DNA of 64,000 bases from an uncultured Candidatus Saccharibacteria bacterium (GTDB lineage: Bacteria > Patescibacteriota > Saccharimonadia > Saccharimonadales > UBA10212), in assembly GCA_964514575.1 (NCBI GenBank), contig CAZETJ010000002.1:1391-65390 (forward strand). Reading direction: 5' to 3'. Shown piece after piece: positions 7,623 to 16,176 of the stretch (the stretch's first letter is position 1; each line of letters starts with the position of its first letter). The notes below the pieces were generated by a model, which searched no databases, had not been told where the DNA came from, and worked only from the letters and a program-made list of their open reading frames with translations. The position numbers were made by a program, and so were the translations under genes.

Positions 7623-8890
7623 TCGTCGAGGGAACCAGAACCGCCGGCGGACAGGGCAATGACTAAATCGCCGGCCGCGGCGTGTTGTTTAATTTTTCGG
7701 GCAAGCGAATCGTCAAGTTCGGCAGCCTCGGCGTGCTGCTTTGACTCATTACTTAACATGTTAAGTAATTTGTCAGGGGTCAGGAGTTCCAAATCTTTAT
7801 TCTCACGCGCTAAGTAACTCGGCACTATATAAAACTGTTTTACGTTGTCAAACAATTTCTCTAACTCGTCTTTTATAAAATGCTGGCGGGTGTTATGCAG
7901 GCCTTCGTAGATTACGACGACATTATCACCAGCGACTTCATGTGCCGTGGCGAGAGCTCCGCGGATCTTAGGCGGCGTATGCGCATAATCGCTGTATATA
8001 TTGGGAGCGACTTGCTCGAAGCGGCGCGACAATCCAGGAAAATCGTTCAAAATTTCTAGATTCTTTTCCAAAGGAAAATTGGGCAATCGAGCGAAGGTTT
8101 GGGCGACTAACCAAGCATCCAGGCGGTTAACGCGCCCGACCAACCTCAACTTTTGGTCAATTGCCGGATCGCCATCGTCTAAGATCAAAAACTTGTCATC
8201 TTGCTCCAGGGCTAATGCCTCGGCGTCTGAGTGCCACAAAGTGGCTCGCTCGGATTGATCCAAAAATTCCCGGAAAGCGTCAAAGTAAGATTCGCGGGTC
8301 GGGTAAATATCGGGATGGTCCCAATCTAAACCCGAGATTAGAGCCATGTGGGGATAAAAACTTAGGAAATTGCGGTCGAACTCATCTGCCTCATAAATAA
8401 AATATTCGCTGTCTGCCTCCAGGTGGCCCATATCGCCAAAGCTGATTTTAGCCCCAACTGACCAGGCTGCCTTGACCCCAAGTTTTTGGGCTAACCAAAT
8501 GGCCATGGCAGTGGTTGTGGTCTTACCGTGAGTTCCGGATACCGCGATTAGCTTCAGACCCTTGTCGCTTATCAATTGGCTAAGAAATTCATCGCGACGG
8601 CTAGCTTTAATACCGTGTGTTTCACAAAATTTCAACTCCGGATGGTCAGGCTCAGTTTTTGGCAGGGCAGAACTGTAAACAAACCAGTCAATCGGCTTGG
8701 CGGCATATACTTTGGCGATAGCCTCGGCCGTTTGGCCGATGTGGATATCGCTAACACCCTGTTTTTTCAGGCTGTCGATATAGCTGCTGTCTTTGGCGTC
8801 CGAACCGCTGACCTCGTAGCCAGCCTGTTTAGCGATCAGCGCCAGCGGGCCGATACCAGTCCCGCCAATGCCAGAAAAGAAGATGTGCAT
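7598..8890 (-). CDS. Mur ligase family protein (MurC/Mpl-like)
   Basis: IFFSGIGGTGIGPLA Rossmann start and the VSGTHGKTTTTAM P-loop. Confidence 0.85.
   Translation of the reverse strand: MHIFFSGIGGTGIGPLALIAKQAGYEVSGSDAKDSSYIDSLKKQGVSDIHIGQTAEAIAKVYAAKPIDWFVYSSALPKTEPDHPELKFCETHGIKASRRDEFLSQLISDKGLKLIAVSGTHGKTTTTAMAIWLAQKLGVKAAWSVGAKISFGDMGHLEADSEYFIYEADEFDRNFLSFYPHMALISGLDWDHPDIYPTRESYFDAFREFLDQSERATLWHSDAEALALEQDDKFLILDDGDPAIDQKLRLVGRVNRLDAWLVAQTFARLPNFPLEKNLEILNDFPGLSRRFEQVAPNIYSDYAHTPPKIRGALATAHEVAGDNVVVIYEGLHNTRQHFIKDELEKLFDNVKQFYIVPSYLARENKDLELLTPDKLLNMLSNESKQHAEAAELDDSLARKIKQHAAAGDLVIALSAGGSGSLDEWLRGRFA
7748..7769. repeat. Perfect 22-bp palindrome ATTACTTAACATGTTAAGTAAT (motif family copy 2, inside the Mur ligase gene)
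   Basis: Read directly. Encodes LLNMLSN on the minus strand. Confidence 0.9.
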
Positions 8891-8962
8891 GAGCTTAGTT
8901 TATCTATTTAAGCGTTCGCTTTCCAGTTGCCAAGCGTGCCAACGCGTGCCAACATTAACGTT

Positions 8963-9571
8963 ATGAAGGCCTGGTCTAAAATTAAAAAAGCAATCGATCC
9001 GCGCTATGCCTCATATAAAGTATTCTTGGCGCTGTTTCTCGTAAGCGCCATAATTTGCGTTTTCGCGCTGCGTGGTAATAACGAAACCATGATCGGCTTA
9101 CGCAACCAGGTTTATGCTGCTGATAAATCAGGCCAAGGCGTTGAGCAGTCCTTAGATAAACTGCGAGCCTACGTTTACGCGCACATGAACACTAATCTGT
9201 CCAGCGGTGGTAATACCATCAAGCCGCCGATTCAGTTGAAATATACTTACGACCGATTAGCTACCGCTGCTGAGCAGCAAGCCAATAACACCGGCTTATA
9301 CACGGTCGCCGAGAATTATTGCCAGGCTCAGATTCCAGCTAGCGTTTCAATATCTGGCCGTGGACGGATCGGTTGCGTCCAAGATTATATCAGCAGTCAT
9401 GGCGGTCAGCAGCCGGTAGCTATCCCGGTGGCTGCCTATGAGTTTGATTTTTTGAGCCCCACCTGGAGTCCGGATTTGGCTGGTTGGAGTCTCGCGGCCA
9501 GCGCATCGTTCTTAATTGGCACCATCGGCTCGTATCTAATCCAACGGGTTAAAACAAAAATCCCGGTTTAA
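8963..9571 (+). CDS. Hypothetical membrane protein (N- and C-terminal TM)
   Basis: ORF 8927..9571. I prefer the ATG at 8963 (MKAWSKIKK). Family unknown. Confidence 0.55.
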   Translation: MKAWSKIKKAIDPRYASYKVFLALFLVSAIICVFALRGNNETMIGLRNQVYAADKSGQGVEQSLDKLRAYVYAHMNTNLSSGGNTIKPPIQLKYTYDRLATAAEQQANNTGLYTVAENYCQAQIPASVSISGRGRIGCVQDYISSHGGQQPVAIPVAAYEFDFLSPTWSPDLAGWSLAASASFLIGTIGSYLIQRVKTKIPV

Positions 9572-9586
9572 ATTAACCGGGATTTT
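9557..9586. terminator. Bidirectional hairpin AAAATCCCGGTT taaatt AACCGGGATTTT
   Basis: 12-bp stem with A/T runs on both sides, between convergent genes. Confidence 0.8.
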
Positions 9587-9607
9587 CTAAAGCCCTAAAT
9601 CCTGAAC

Positions 9608-10195
9608 CTAAGGGGTTGTAGCTGCGGCGTTAGAGCTGGTTGTGCTACTGGTCTGGCTACAGTTAGGTCCGTTTGGATTCTGCTGGATAAACTGTTTGAT
9701 AGCCGTAACAACCTTGCCATTGTCCTGCAGGTTCTCCCAGAAAGCGACCTGATTGCGGTTGATGACCATCTCGTCATATGGCGAGTGTAACTGCTGACAG
9801 CCGAGCTTGGTTAGCTGCGGATTAGCGGCAGTGCCGGTCGATGTTTGGTCGGTCGTCAGATAATAGACGTCTTTGAGGATCACATACTTGTCATTCAAGC
9901 GTGTGATGTGTCCAAAATAAGTAGTGTAAGCTACCGATCCGGAAGTACTACCGCCGTTAAGGAAAACAGCTTGATATTTATCCGTCTTGACTTGGCCGGC
10001 CTCGGAATAACCGATACTACCGTTAGACCAGATTGACCACCCAATTACTATTAAAAGCACTAGAGCCACCAGGAAAGTGAATATGAACCACTCAATCCTT
10101 ACAGCTCGGGCCTCCCAGTCGAAGTGCTTGCGGCGAGACTTTTGCTGGACAGGAGTCCCTGCGGACTGATCCTGACCACGTGACATAAACTCCAT
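9608..10195 (-). CDS. Hypothetical membrane-anchored protein, 195 aa
   Basis: AGGTGGA SD. Single TM (WFIFTFLVALVLLIVIGWSIW) followed by an extracytoplasmic domain. Confidence 0.6.
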   Translation of the reverse strand: MEFMSRGQDQSAGTPVQQKSRRKHFDWEARAVRIEWFIFTFLVALVLLIVIGWSIWSNGSIGYSEAGQVKTDKYQAVFLNGGSTSGSVAYTTYFGHITRLNDKYVILKDVYYLTTDQTSTGTAANPQLTKLGCQQLHSPYDEMVINRNQVAFWENLQDNGKVVTAIKQFIQQNPNGPNCSQTSSTTSSNAAATTP

Positions 10196-10460
10196 AAGAT
10201 TTATCCACCTAACTTTAAATTAACTACTCCCGTATATTAACGCATAAGCACTTTAGGGCGCAAGCCTGCTTCGCTAAGGTGTTGTTGTACTTAATACTCC
10301 TTAGACGGGCCTTGGCGCAAAAAGTTTATCTAACAGGGGTCATTCAGGCGATTCACCTCTGTAACTCCTTGGTTGAACGCTTGGCCGGGTTGACAAGTAA
10401 AATCTTAACAGAGTATGTTAGGGGTACATCAATTAATTAACGGAGAGAGGGAAATAAGCA

Positions 10461-10658
10461 ATGGCTTATAAGCACACTAACAGTAAAGGTGTTACCTATT
10501 ACCTAAACGCCAAGGCAGTTACGCTGCGCGGCGGCAAGACACAAACGATTTACTACTTTTCTAAGGACGAGCGAGCCGACACTGGCGTAGATTTGCCAGA
10601 CGACCGCGTTGTCAACGAAAATCCGCGCAACGGTTTCTTGACCCTCAAGCGCAAGTAA
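10461..10658 (+). CDS. Small basic hypothetical protein, 65 aa
   Basis: GGAGAGAGGG SD, followed by a terminator. Confidence 0.55.
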   Translation: MAYKHTNSKGVTYYLNAKAVTLRGGKTQTIYYFSKDERADTGVDLPDDRVVNENPRNGFLTLKRK

Positions 10659-10681
10659 TTTCGATTTAAGACAAATAAGAG

Positions 10682-10711
10682 TACCCGCTCAGCTTTTGGG
10701 CGGGTATTTTT
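10682..10711 (+). terminator. Rho-independent terminator TACCCGC ... GCGGGTA TTTTT
   Basis: 7-bp GC stem plus a T5 run directly after the 65-aa ORF. Confidence 0.7.
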
Positions 10712-10746
10712 ATGACCAAAAATGCCTAGTGTATAGTGGAAAGAGT

Positions 10747-11508
10747 ATGTCCGTAATCCTGGAGGTCGACAACCTGCAGAAGTCTTATGGAGGCCGCAAG
10801 GTCGTCAAGGGTATTAGCTTTGACGTCGCTCAAGGCGAGGTTTTCGGAATCCTCGGCCCCAACGGCGCTGGCAAAACCACTACCCTGGAAATGATTGAGA
10901 CCCTGCGCGAGATTGACGGCGGCCATGCTCGTATCAACGGTATCGACGTGGAAAAACAGCCTCAGAAAATTCGCTATATGATTGGCGTCCAGACCCAATC
11001 GACGGCGTTCATGGATAAGGTCAAGTTGACGGAACTGCTGGAGCAGCAGGCCGCCGCTTACGGCGAGCGGGTTGATACACACGAGCTTTTGAGGGACGTC
11101 AATCTGGACGATAAGGCCGATTCATATATAGAGAACTTAAGCGGCGGCCAAAAACAACGTTTCTCGATCGCCGCCGCGCTAGTCCACAACCCAACGGTAT
11201 TCTTCATGGATGAGCCCACGACCGGGCTTGACCCTAAGGCCCGGCGCAACTTGTGGGAGCTGGTTCAGAAAATTAACCAAAAAGGTAAGGGCACGACCAT
11301 CATTTTGACGACCCATTATATGGAAGAGGCCGAAGTGCTATGCGATCGCGTGGCAATCATGGACGAAGGCAAAATCGTAGCCATGGATACGCCGGCCGAC
11401 TTGGTCCAAAAGCTGCTCAAGAAGGGTTTCAAAAAGGCGCGCAAAGTTGAACAAGCCAATCTTGAGGATGTTTTCTTGAATCTGACAGGCAAGGAGCTCG
11501 GCCGATGA
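10747..11508 (+). CDS. ABC transporter ATP-binding protein (ABC-2/DrrA-like)
   Basis: GPNGAGKTT, LSGGQKQRF, FFMDEPTTGLD. Start trimmed to MSVILEV. Confidence 0.93.
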   Translation: MSVILEVDNLQKSYGGRKVVKGISFDVAQGEVFGILGPNGAGKTTTLEMIETLREIDGGHARINGIDVEKQPQKIRYMIGVQTQSTAFMDKVKLTELLEQQAAAYGERVDTHELLRDVNLDDKADSYIENLSGGQKQRFSIAAALVHNPTVFFMDEPTTGLDPKARRNLWELVQKINQKGKGTTIILTTHYMEEAEVLCDRVAIMDEGKIVAMDTPADLVQKLLKKGFKKARKVEQANLEDVFLNLTGKELGR

Positions 11509-12737
11509 AAATCTTCTGGGTTGTTGTACTGGTTTTGGTTATTGCGCGCATTGGCTGGCGTATCTCACGCCTGGTTCGCAAAAATCAGCCAAAGGCTCAA
11601 CCCGCCAGACCTAAGTCCAATAAAGATTTGAGCCAGCACCAACGCAATCTATTTACCATTTGGGTTTTTGCCAAAATTAGCGTTAAGCGCTACTTCCGCG
11701 ATCGGCTGGCCCTGTTCTTCACGGTAGCTTTTCCACTGATATTCCTCTTGGTCTTTGGCAGTCTTAGCAAAGGTAGCGGCGTAACTTTTCATGTCGGCTT
11801 AATCAATCAAGGGGGCAGCGCCTTCTCCCAGAAATTTATTAATGAAATTAACACTAACAAATCCTTCAATGTGGACAAGACCGTTACTAGCCTAGCAACC
11901 GCCAAGGATAAAATGAGCAAAAGTGAAATTGATGCGACTATTGTTTTGCCATCGGATTTCGGTGCTGTTAAAGACAATTTGCCGGCCGGCCAGGCACAGA
12001 TTTATTTCGACGAAAACAACGTCCAGGCCGCGCAGACTATTAGCTCGGTGGTTCAGGGGCAGCTTGATGGCGTCAACACTCAGCTGATAAAAGTTAAACC
12101 GCCGTTTAGCGTCAAAAATGTCTCGACCAATACCGGCGGATTATCTAAGTTAGACTACACTGTTTCGGGGTTGCTCGGCTTCTCAATAATTGGCCTCGGT
12201 ATCTTCGGCCCGGTTAATTATTTCCCGGAGATGAAAAAGCAGGGGGTCTTGCGGCGCCTGCACATCACGCCGCTGAGAGTCTGGCAGTTCTTTGTGTCCA
12301 GTGTTATATCTAACGCTATCATCGGATTGTTCTCGATCGGTATCATGATCGGCGTGGCCGCCGCGCTATTCCATTTCAAAATGGTGGGCAATTACTTTGA
12401 ATTAGCGACCTTTATCACATTGGGCATTTTATGTATTTTTGGCATAGGACTGGCGATCGGCGGCTGGGCTCGCAATGAGCGCCAAGCTGCGCCGCTGGCC
12501 AACGTAATTGTTTTTCCGATGATGTTTTTATCTGGTACTTTCTTTCCACGCTATGCGATGCCGGAATGGCTGCAGCACGTCAGTGCTTACTTACCCCTGA
12601 CTCCAGTAATCGACGGCATCAGAATGATCGCGACCGAGGGCAAGCATCTAACGCAGATTGGTCCACAGCTGGGCTGGGTGGCAATCTGGACAATTATTAT
12701 TTATGCCATCGCGTTCCGCGTTTTCCGCTGGGAATAA
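11505..12737 (+). CDS. ABC-2 type transporter permease
   Basis: ATGA overlap with the ATPase. N-terminal TM, large loop and six C-terminal TM segments. Confidence 0.8.
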   Translation: MKIFWVVVLVLVIARIGWRISRLVRKNQPKAQPARPKSNKDLSQHQRNLFTIWVFAKISVKRYFRDRLALFFTVAFPLIFLLVFGSLSKGSGVTFHVGLINQGGSAFSQKFINEINTNKSFNVDKTVTSLATAKDKMSKSEIDATIVLPSDFGAVKDNLPAGQAQIYFDENNVQAAQTISSVVQGQLDGVNTQLIKVKPPFSVKNVSTNTGGLSKLDYTVSGLLGFSIIGLGIFGPVNYFPEMKKQGVLRRLHITPLRVWQFFVSSVISNAIIGLFSIGIMIGVAAALFHFKMVGNYFELATFITLGILCIFGIGLAIGGWARNERQAAPLANVIVFPMMFLSGTFFPRYAMPEWLQHVSAYLPLTPVIDGIRMIATEGKHLTQIGPQLGWVAIWTIIIYAIAFRVFRWE

Positions 12738-12740
12738 AAC

Positions 12741-12772
12741 TTTTACCACTTTGTTCCGGCAAAGTGGTAAAA
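12741..12772. terminator. Hairpin TTTTACCACTTTG ttccgg CAAAGTGGTAAAA
   Basis: 13-bp stem directly after the permease stop. T/A runs make it usable in both directions. Confidence 0.7.
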
Positions 12773-12799
12773 ACCTCTCGAGCCGATTCAAACTCTAGA

Positions 12800-12935
12800 T
12801 GGTCGTTCGGTCTTCAGACAAAAGTGAACCTGCGGGACTTCTCGCTGACGCTCGTCGGAGAACACAAAAACCAATACTTAACTAGTCAAGTAATTTATAA
12901 GAGTATGAAAAAGCGCCTAGGCGCTGCGTAGGTTA
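12800..12935 (+). repeat. Segment X: decayed sequence paralogous to 52185-52355
   Basis: Colinear blocks: caaaa..gaacc..tgcgg..tcgct.gcgctc, then act.a.tagtcaag.a.t, then tgaaaag. The conceptual C-termini are also similar (YLTSQVIYKSMKKRLGAA versus GLISQALSSIEKKPRLC). Confidence 0.35.
12873..12895. repeat. Motif family copy 3, AATACTTAACTAGTCAAGTAATT (imperfect)
   Basis: Read directly. Intergenic, next to high-GC island 2. Confidence 0.8.
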
Positions 12936-12958
12936 AAAACCTCGCGCGCCTCAAGGCG
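12908..12958 (-). terminator. Two tandem GC hairpins with T-runs on the minus strand (AGCGCCTAGGCGCT-TTTTT and GCGCCTTGAGGCGC..GGTTTTT)
   Basis: Downstream of the minus-strand three-gene high-GC operon. Confidence 0.6.
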
Positions 12959-13013
12959 CTGTGCCTGGGTGAGAGCTAGGCTCAACCAATCCCAGGACTT
13001 CTGCTTTGTACAA

Positions 13014-13256
13014 CTAGTCGGCTTCACTCATCACGAACCCCACCTCGGCGAGCCAGATGACGAAAGCGACGAGACCGAAACAGAAAACGACGGAGTTGTT
13101 GGAGAGGAGCAAGAAAAAGCTGAGCCAGCCGATGAAGAAGTACAGAATCGGCAGCTCCTCGAGAACCTCACCCACCAGGCTTCGAAATGGGTGATCGTAC
13201 TTCCACCTCTCTTGTTCGTAGTCGGCCTTCCGTTGTTCGTACGAACGAATGATCAC
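13014..13256 (-). CDS. Small membrane protein, 80 aa (high-GC island 2, gene 3)
   Basis: GTG start preceded by GAAAGGGG. Hydrophobic core LPILYFFIGWLSFFLLL...FCFGLVAFVIWLA. Corresponds to the C-terminal part of track ORF 13014..13466. Confidence 0.6.
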   Translation of the reverse strand: MIIRSYEQRKADYEQERWKYDHPFRSLVGEVLEELPILYFFIGWLSFFLLLSNNSVVFCFGLVAFVIWLAEVGFVMSEAD

Positions 13257-13270
13257 GCTACCCCTTTCGG

Positions 13271-13471
13271 TCAGTACGGCTCGGGGAATATGAGGCGCTC
13301 GATCGCCCAGAAGAAAGCGGCGATCAACACGCCGACGATGAGTGTGCACCAGCCGACCCAGAAGGTTCCGGTCGAGTTGCTGACGTTGTAGGCCGAGCAC
13401 ACCATTGCTGCCAAAGCGCACCACACCATGGCGGCGCAGGCTCCAGCTGCGGCGGCTACGATCCACCTCAT
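13271..13471 (-). CDS. Small 2-TM membrane protein, 66 aa (island 2, gene 2)
   Basis: The ATG overlaps the upstream stop (ATGA). Sequence MRWIVAAAAGACAAMVWCALAAMVCSAY...WCTLIVGVLIAAFFWAI. Confidence 0.6.
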   Translation of the reverse strand: MRWIVAAAAGACAAMVWCALAAMVCSAYNVSNSTGTFWVGWCTLIVGVLIAAFFWAIERLIFPEPY

Positions 13472-13665
13472 GTCATGCTCCTTTTTCGGCCTTGGTTGCG
13501 GCCTGAGCGCCATACGGCGAAGATCATGCCCCAGATGGCGCCCGGTAAGCCCGCTTCGAATGCTGTCCACGCATCGTGGCCGTCGCCTAGAACGACTAGA
13601 ACTGCCGTTGGTATGAGCATCAATACCAACCACGTGTAGGCGAACCACTCCCATCTCTTGTCCAT
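13468..13665 (-). CDS. Small 2-TM membrane protein, 65 aa (island 2, gene 1)
   Basis: GGGAGA SD 5 nt before the ATG. Sequence MDKRWEWFAYTWLVLMLIPTAVLVVLG...AIWGMIFAVW. Confidence 0.6.
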   Translation of the reverse strand: MDKRWEWFAYTWLVLMLIPTAVLVVLGDGHDAWTAFEAGLPGAIWGMIFAVWRSGRNQGRKRSMT

Positions 13666-13824
13666 GTTTTCTCCCGGTCTAAAAGAACTAATGCTGACTG
13701 GAGCCGAAGCTCGACAGCCAAAATCATAAAGCAAATTCTACAATAAACAGGGGTAAATAGCAATCAAAAAATGACAAAAGCAGGGTTCTAAAAGCTGGGG
13801 CATGTCGCTTATACTATTTAGCAG

Positions 13825-15411
13825 ATGGAGAAGTGGTTAAGCAGGGCGAACCGGCGCATTTCACTGCCTAGCGCGGCGGCGCTCTTGATTGCCGCTTCGC
13901 TGATCGGTCTAATCCTTGGTTTTGTGCGGACCCAAATCATCAACGGTAGTTTTAATTACGGTACAAATGTCGCTACCGACCCGTATTTTGCCGCTTTTAA
14001 AATTCCGGATTTCTTCTTCTACACCATAGCTGCCGGTGCGCTTGGCGTGGCTTTCATGCCTTTTCTGATGGATCGTCTACAAAAAGGCGATCGTAAAACC
14101 GTCTGGCACCTAACATCCAGCCTGCTCAACCTGCTCAGCGCCCTAATGGTCATCGTTGGGTTCGCACTATTGTTATTTCCCGGCTTCTTTATCCGTATCG
14201 TAATTGGCCACAACCTAGGCCCGCACGAGACGCACCAAGCCATCGTGATTATGCGTTTGATCGCTTTTAACCCGCTGTTATTTACCATCTCCGGTATTTT
14301 AAGCGCGCTTCAGCAAACTTTCGGCCGATTCTTTTTCTATGCTCTGGCGCCAATCCTTTATAACGGCTCGATTATTGCCAGCGCCTATATATTTAGGGGA
14401 CACATAGGTCTGATTGGTTTGGGCATTGGTGCTCTTTGCGGCGCCATCTTGCAGCTACTATTCGTACTACTTGGCCTCGTGGGCATGGGCTATCGCTGGA
14501 CGCCGGTTATCGCGTGGCGTAGCACCGAATTCAAACAAATCCTACGCAACCTGCCGCCGCGATCAATCGACCAAGGCATTGACTCCATCAACTCGATTGT
14601 CGAGACTAATCGTGCTAGTACGCTGCCCAGCGGCTCGATTACCTTCTATGAGAACGCCTATACGTTGCACTTAGCGCCGATATTGCTGATCGGTACGACG
14701 ATTGCCACAGCGGCTTTTCCACGCCTTAACGAGCGGCTCAGCCAAGGCCGGCCGGATCTATTCCGGCGCGACTTTTTGAGGGTTTTTAGAGCAATTTTCT
14801 GGATTATCTTGCCGATGGCGGTCATTACATTCTTTGCCCGAGCGTATTTAGCACGTTTGATTTATAAATCGCCAGAACCAACAATTGCCTTAGTTTTGGG
14901 CTTCTTGGTCGGGGCGGTCATTTTCCGAACGCTCTATGCTATCATTAGCCGATATTTTTATGCCCAAAAAGATACCCGGACACCGCTTTACGTCTCGCTG
15001 TTCACAATCGCCCTAAACATTTATCTAGCGTTTACTTTGTCGCACATTTACGGAATTGTCGGCCTGGCGGTGGCTCAATCGATTGTAGCCACGGTCGAGG
15101 TATTTATACTGTTAGGCATCATGGTTTGGCGTGATCATAATCTATTTACTCCAGAATTCTGGAGTGACGTTACTCGCAGTATGTCTGTTACTGGCTTTAC
15201 GGTCGTAACCTGCTATACCATGGTCAAGCTAGTGCCGCTTTATGCCGCTGACAAAGGTTTTATAACCCTAGGCAGCAAACTGGTGTTTATCGTAATTCCA
15301 ACGCTGGCGGTGCATGTCGCGATATCATGGTTGTTCGCCCTGGAAGAAGTCCAGCCGGTAATAGAGAAACTTCGTAAATTGATCTTTCGCCCCGTCCGCG
15401 CTATAGAATAA
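13825..15411 (+). CDS. murJ: Lipid II flippase MurJ/MviN
   Basis: 528 aa, about 14 TM segments. N-terminal LILGFVRTQIINGSF..FKIPDFFF pattern of MviN. Confidence 0.8.
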   Translation: MEKWLSRANRRISLPSAAALLIAASLIGLILGFVRTQIINGSFNYGTNVATDPYFAAFKIPDFFFYTIAAGALGVAFMPFLMDRLQKGDRKTVWHLTSSLLNLLSALMVIVGFALLLFPGFFIRIVIGHNLGPHETHQAIVIMRLIAFNPLLFTISGILSALQQTFGRFFFYALAPILYNGSIIASAYIFRGHIGLIGLGIGALCGAILQLLFVLLGLVGMGYRWTPVIAWRSTEFKQILRNLPPRSIDQGIDSINSIVETNRASTLPSGSITFYENAYTLHLAPILLIGTTIATAAFPRLNERLSQGRPDLFRRDFLRVFRAIFWIILPMAVITFFARAYLARLIYKSPEPTIALVLGFLVGAVIFRTLYAIISRYFYAQKDTRTPLYVSLFTIALNIYLAFTLSHIYGIVGLAVAQSIVATVEVFILLGIMVWRDHNLFTPEFWSDVTRSMSVTGFTVVTCYTMVKLVPLYAADKGFITLGSKLVFIVIPTLAVHVAISWLFALEEVQPVIEKLRKLIFRPVRAIE

Positions 15412-15413
15412 AC

Positions 15414-16151
15414 ATGCCCACAATTTCAGTCATCATTCCTTGTTTAAACGAAGAAAAATATCTGGGCCTACTTTTGGAGGACTTAGCTAAGCAATCCGTT
15501 ATGCCCGATGAGGTCATAGTGGCGGACTGCGATTCTACTGATAACACGGTATCGGTTGCCAAAAGCTATCAGCGCAAATTGCCGATTAAAATTGCTCATT
15601 CACCAAAACAAAATCCAGGTTCCGCACGGAATGCGGGCGCCCAACAGGCATCGACAGACTATTTGATATTTATAGATGCTGACATGCGTATACCAAAAAA
15701 CACAATCGAGGTCATTGAAAACAGCCTAAACGAGAAGCAGGTAGACTTTTTGACTCCTAGCTATAAATCCGACGGCCTGCATCCGGCCGACCGTTTTTTA
15801 TTTTGGACAGTTAATCGTTGGATGCGCAAAAATATCAGTTCGGGAAAGCTAGCAGCAATCAGCGGATTCATGTGTGTCAAGCGGGTAGTGCATAACCGAC
15901 TTGGCGGCTTCAACACAAAAATGGCTGTCGGCGAAGACATAGATTACGTTGCAAAACTACGCAAGCATAAATTGAGCTATACCTATCTGGACAGCCTTGT
16001 AATTGTAAATTCCAGTCGTCGGTTTGAAGGCAGAAGTCTAATAACCGCTCTCCTGCAACAACTTATACAAAATTCTGATTTGGCGCGCTGGTTTTTTCAG
16101 CCACTGTTGCGCAAAGTTGGCTTACAAAAAAAGTACGGCCACTACCAATAG
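15414..16151 (+). CDS. Family 2 glycosyltransferase
   Basis: ISVIIPCLNEE ... VADCDSTD ... FIDADM (DxD). Confidence 0.85.
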   Translation: MPTISVIIPCLNEEKYLGLLLEDLAKQSVMPDEVIVADCDSTDNTVSVAKSYQRKLPIKIAHSPKQNPGSARNAGAQQASTDYLIFIDADMRIPKNTIEVIENSLNEKQVDFLTPSYKSDGLHPADRFLFWTVNRWMRKNISSGKLAAISGFMCVKRVVHNRLGGFNTKMAVGEDIDYVAKLRKHKLSYTYLDSLVIVNSSRRFEGRSLITALLQQLIQNSDLARWFFQPLLRKVGLQKKYGHYQ

Positions 16152-16176
16152 CTCCACCTCTGTTACAATAGGGGCA

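Noticed and set aside
10230-10390. Possible riboswitch or small RNA in the 265-nt divergent spacer (GGC-GCAA-GCC tetraloop hairpin)
   Set aside because: I found only short, isolated hairpins and no recognisable conserved riboswitch core. The region is adequately explained by two divergent promoters and 5' UTRs.
12969-13734. Long track ORFs on island 2 (140, 150, 127, 88, 62 aa)
   Set aside because: Each real gene starts at an internal ATG or GTG with its own SD and an ATGA coupling. The N-terminal extensions and plus-strand frames are Arg/Pro-rich read-through typical of GC-rich DNA.
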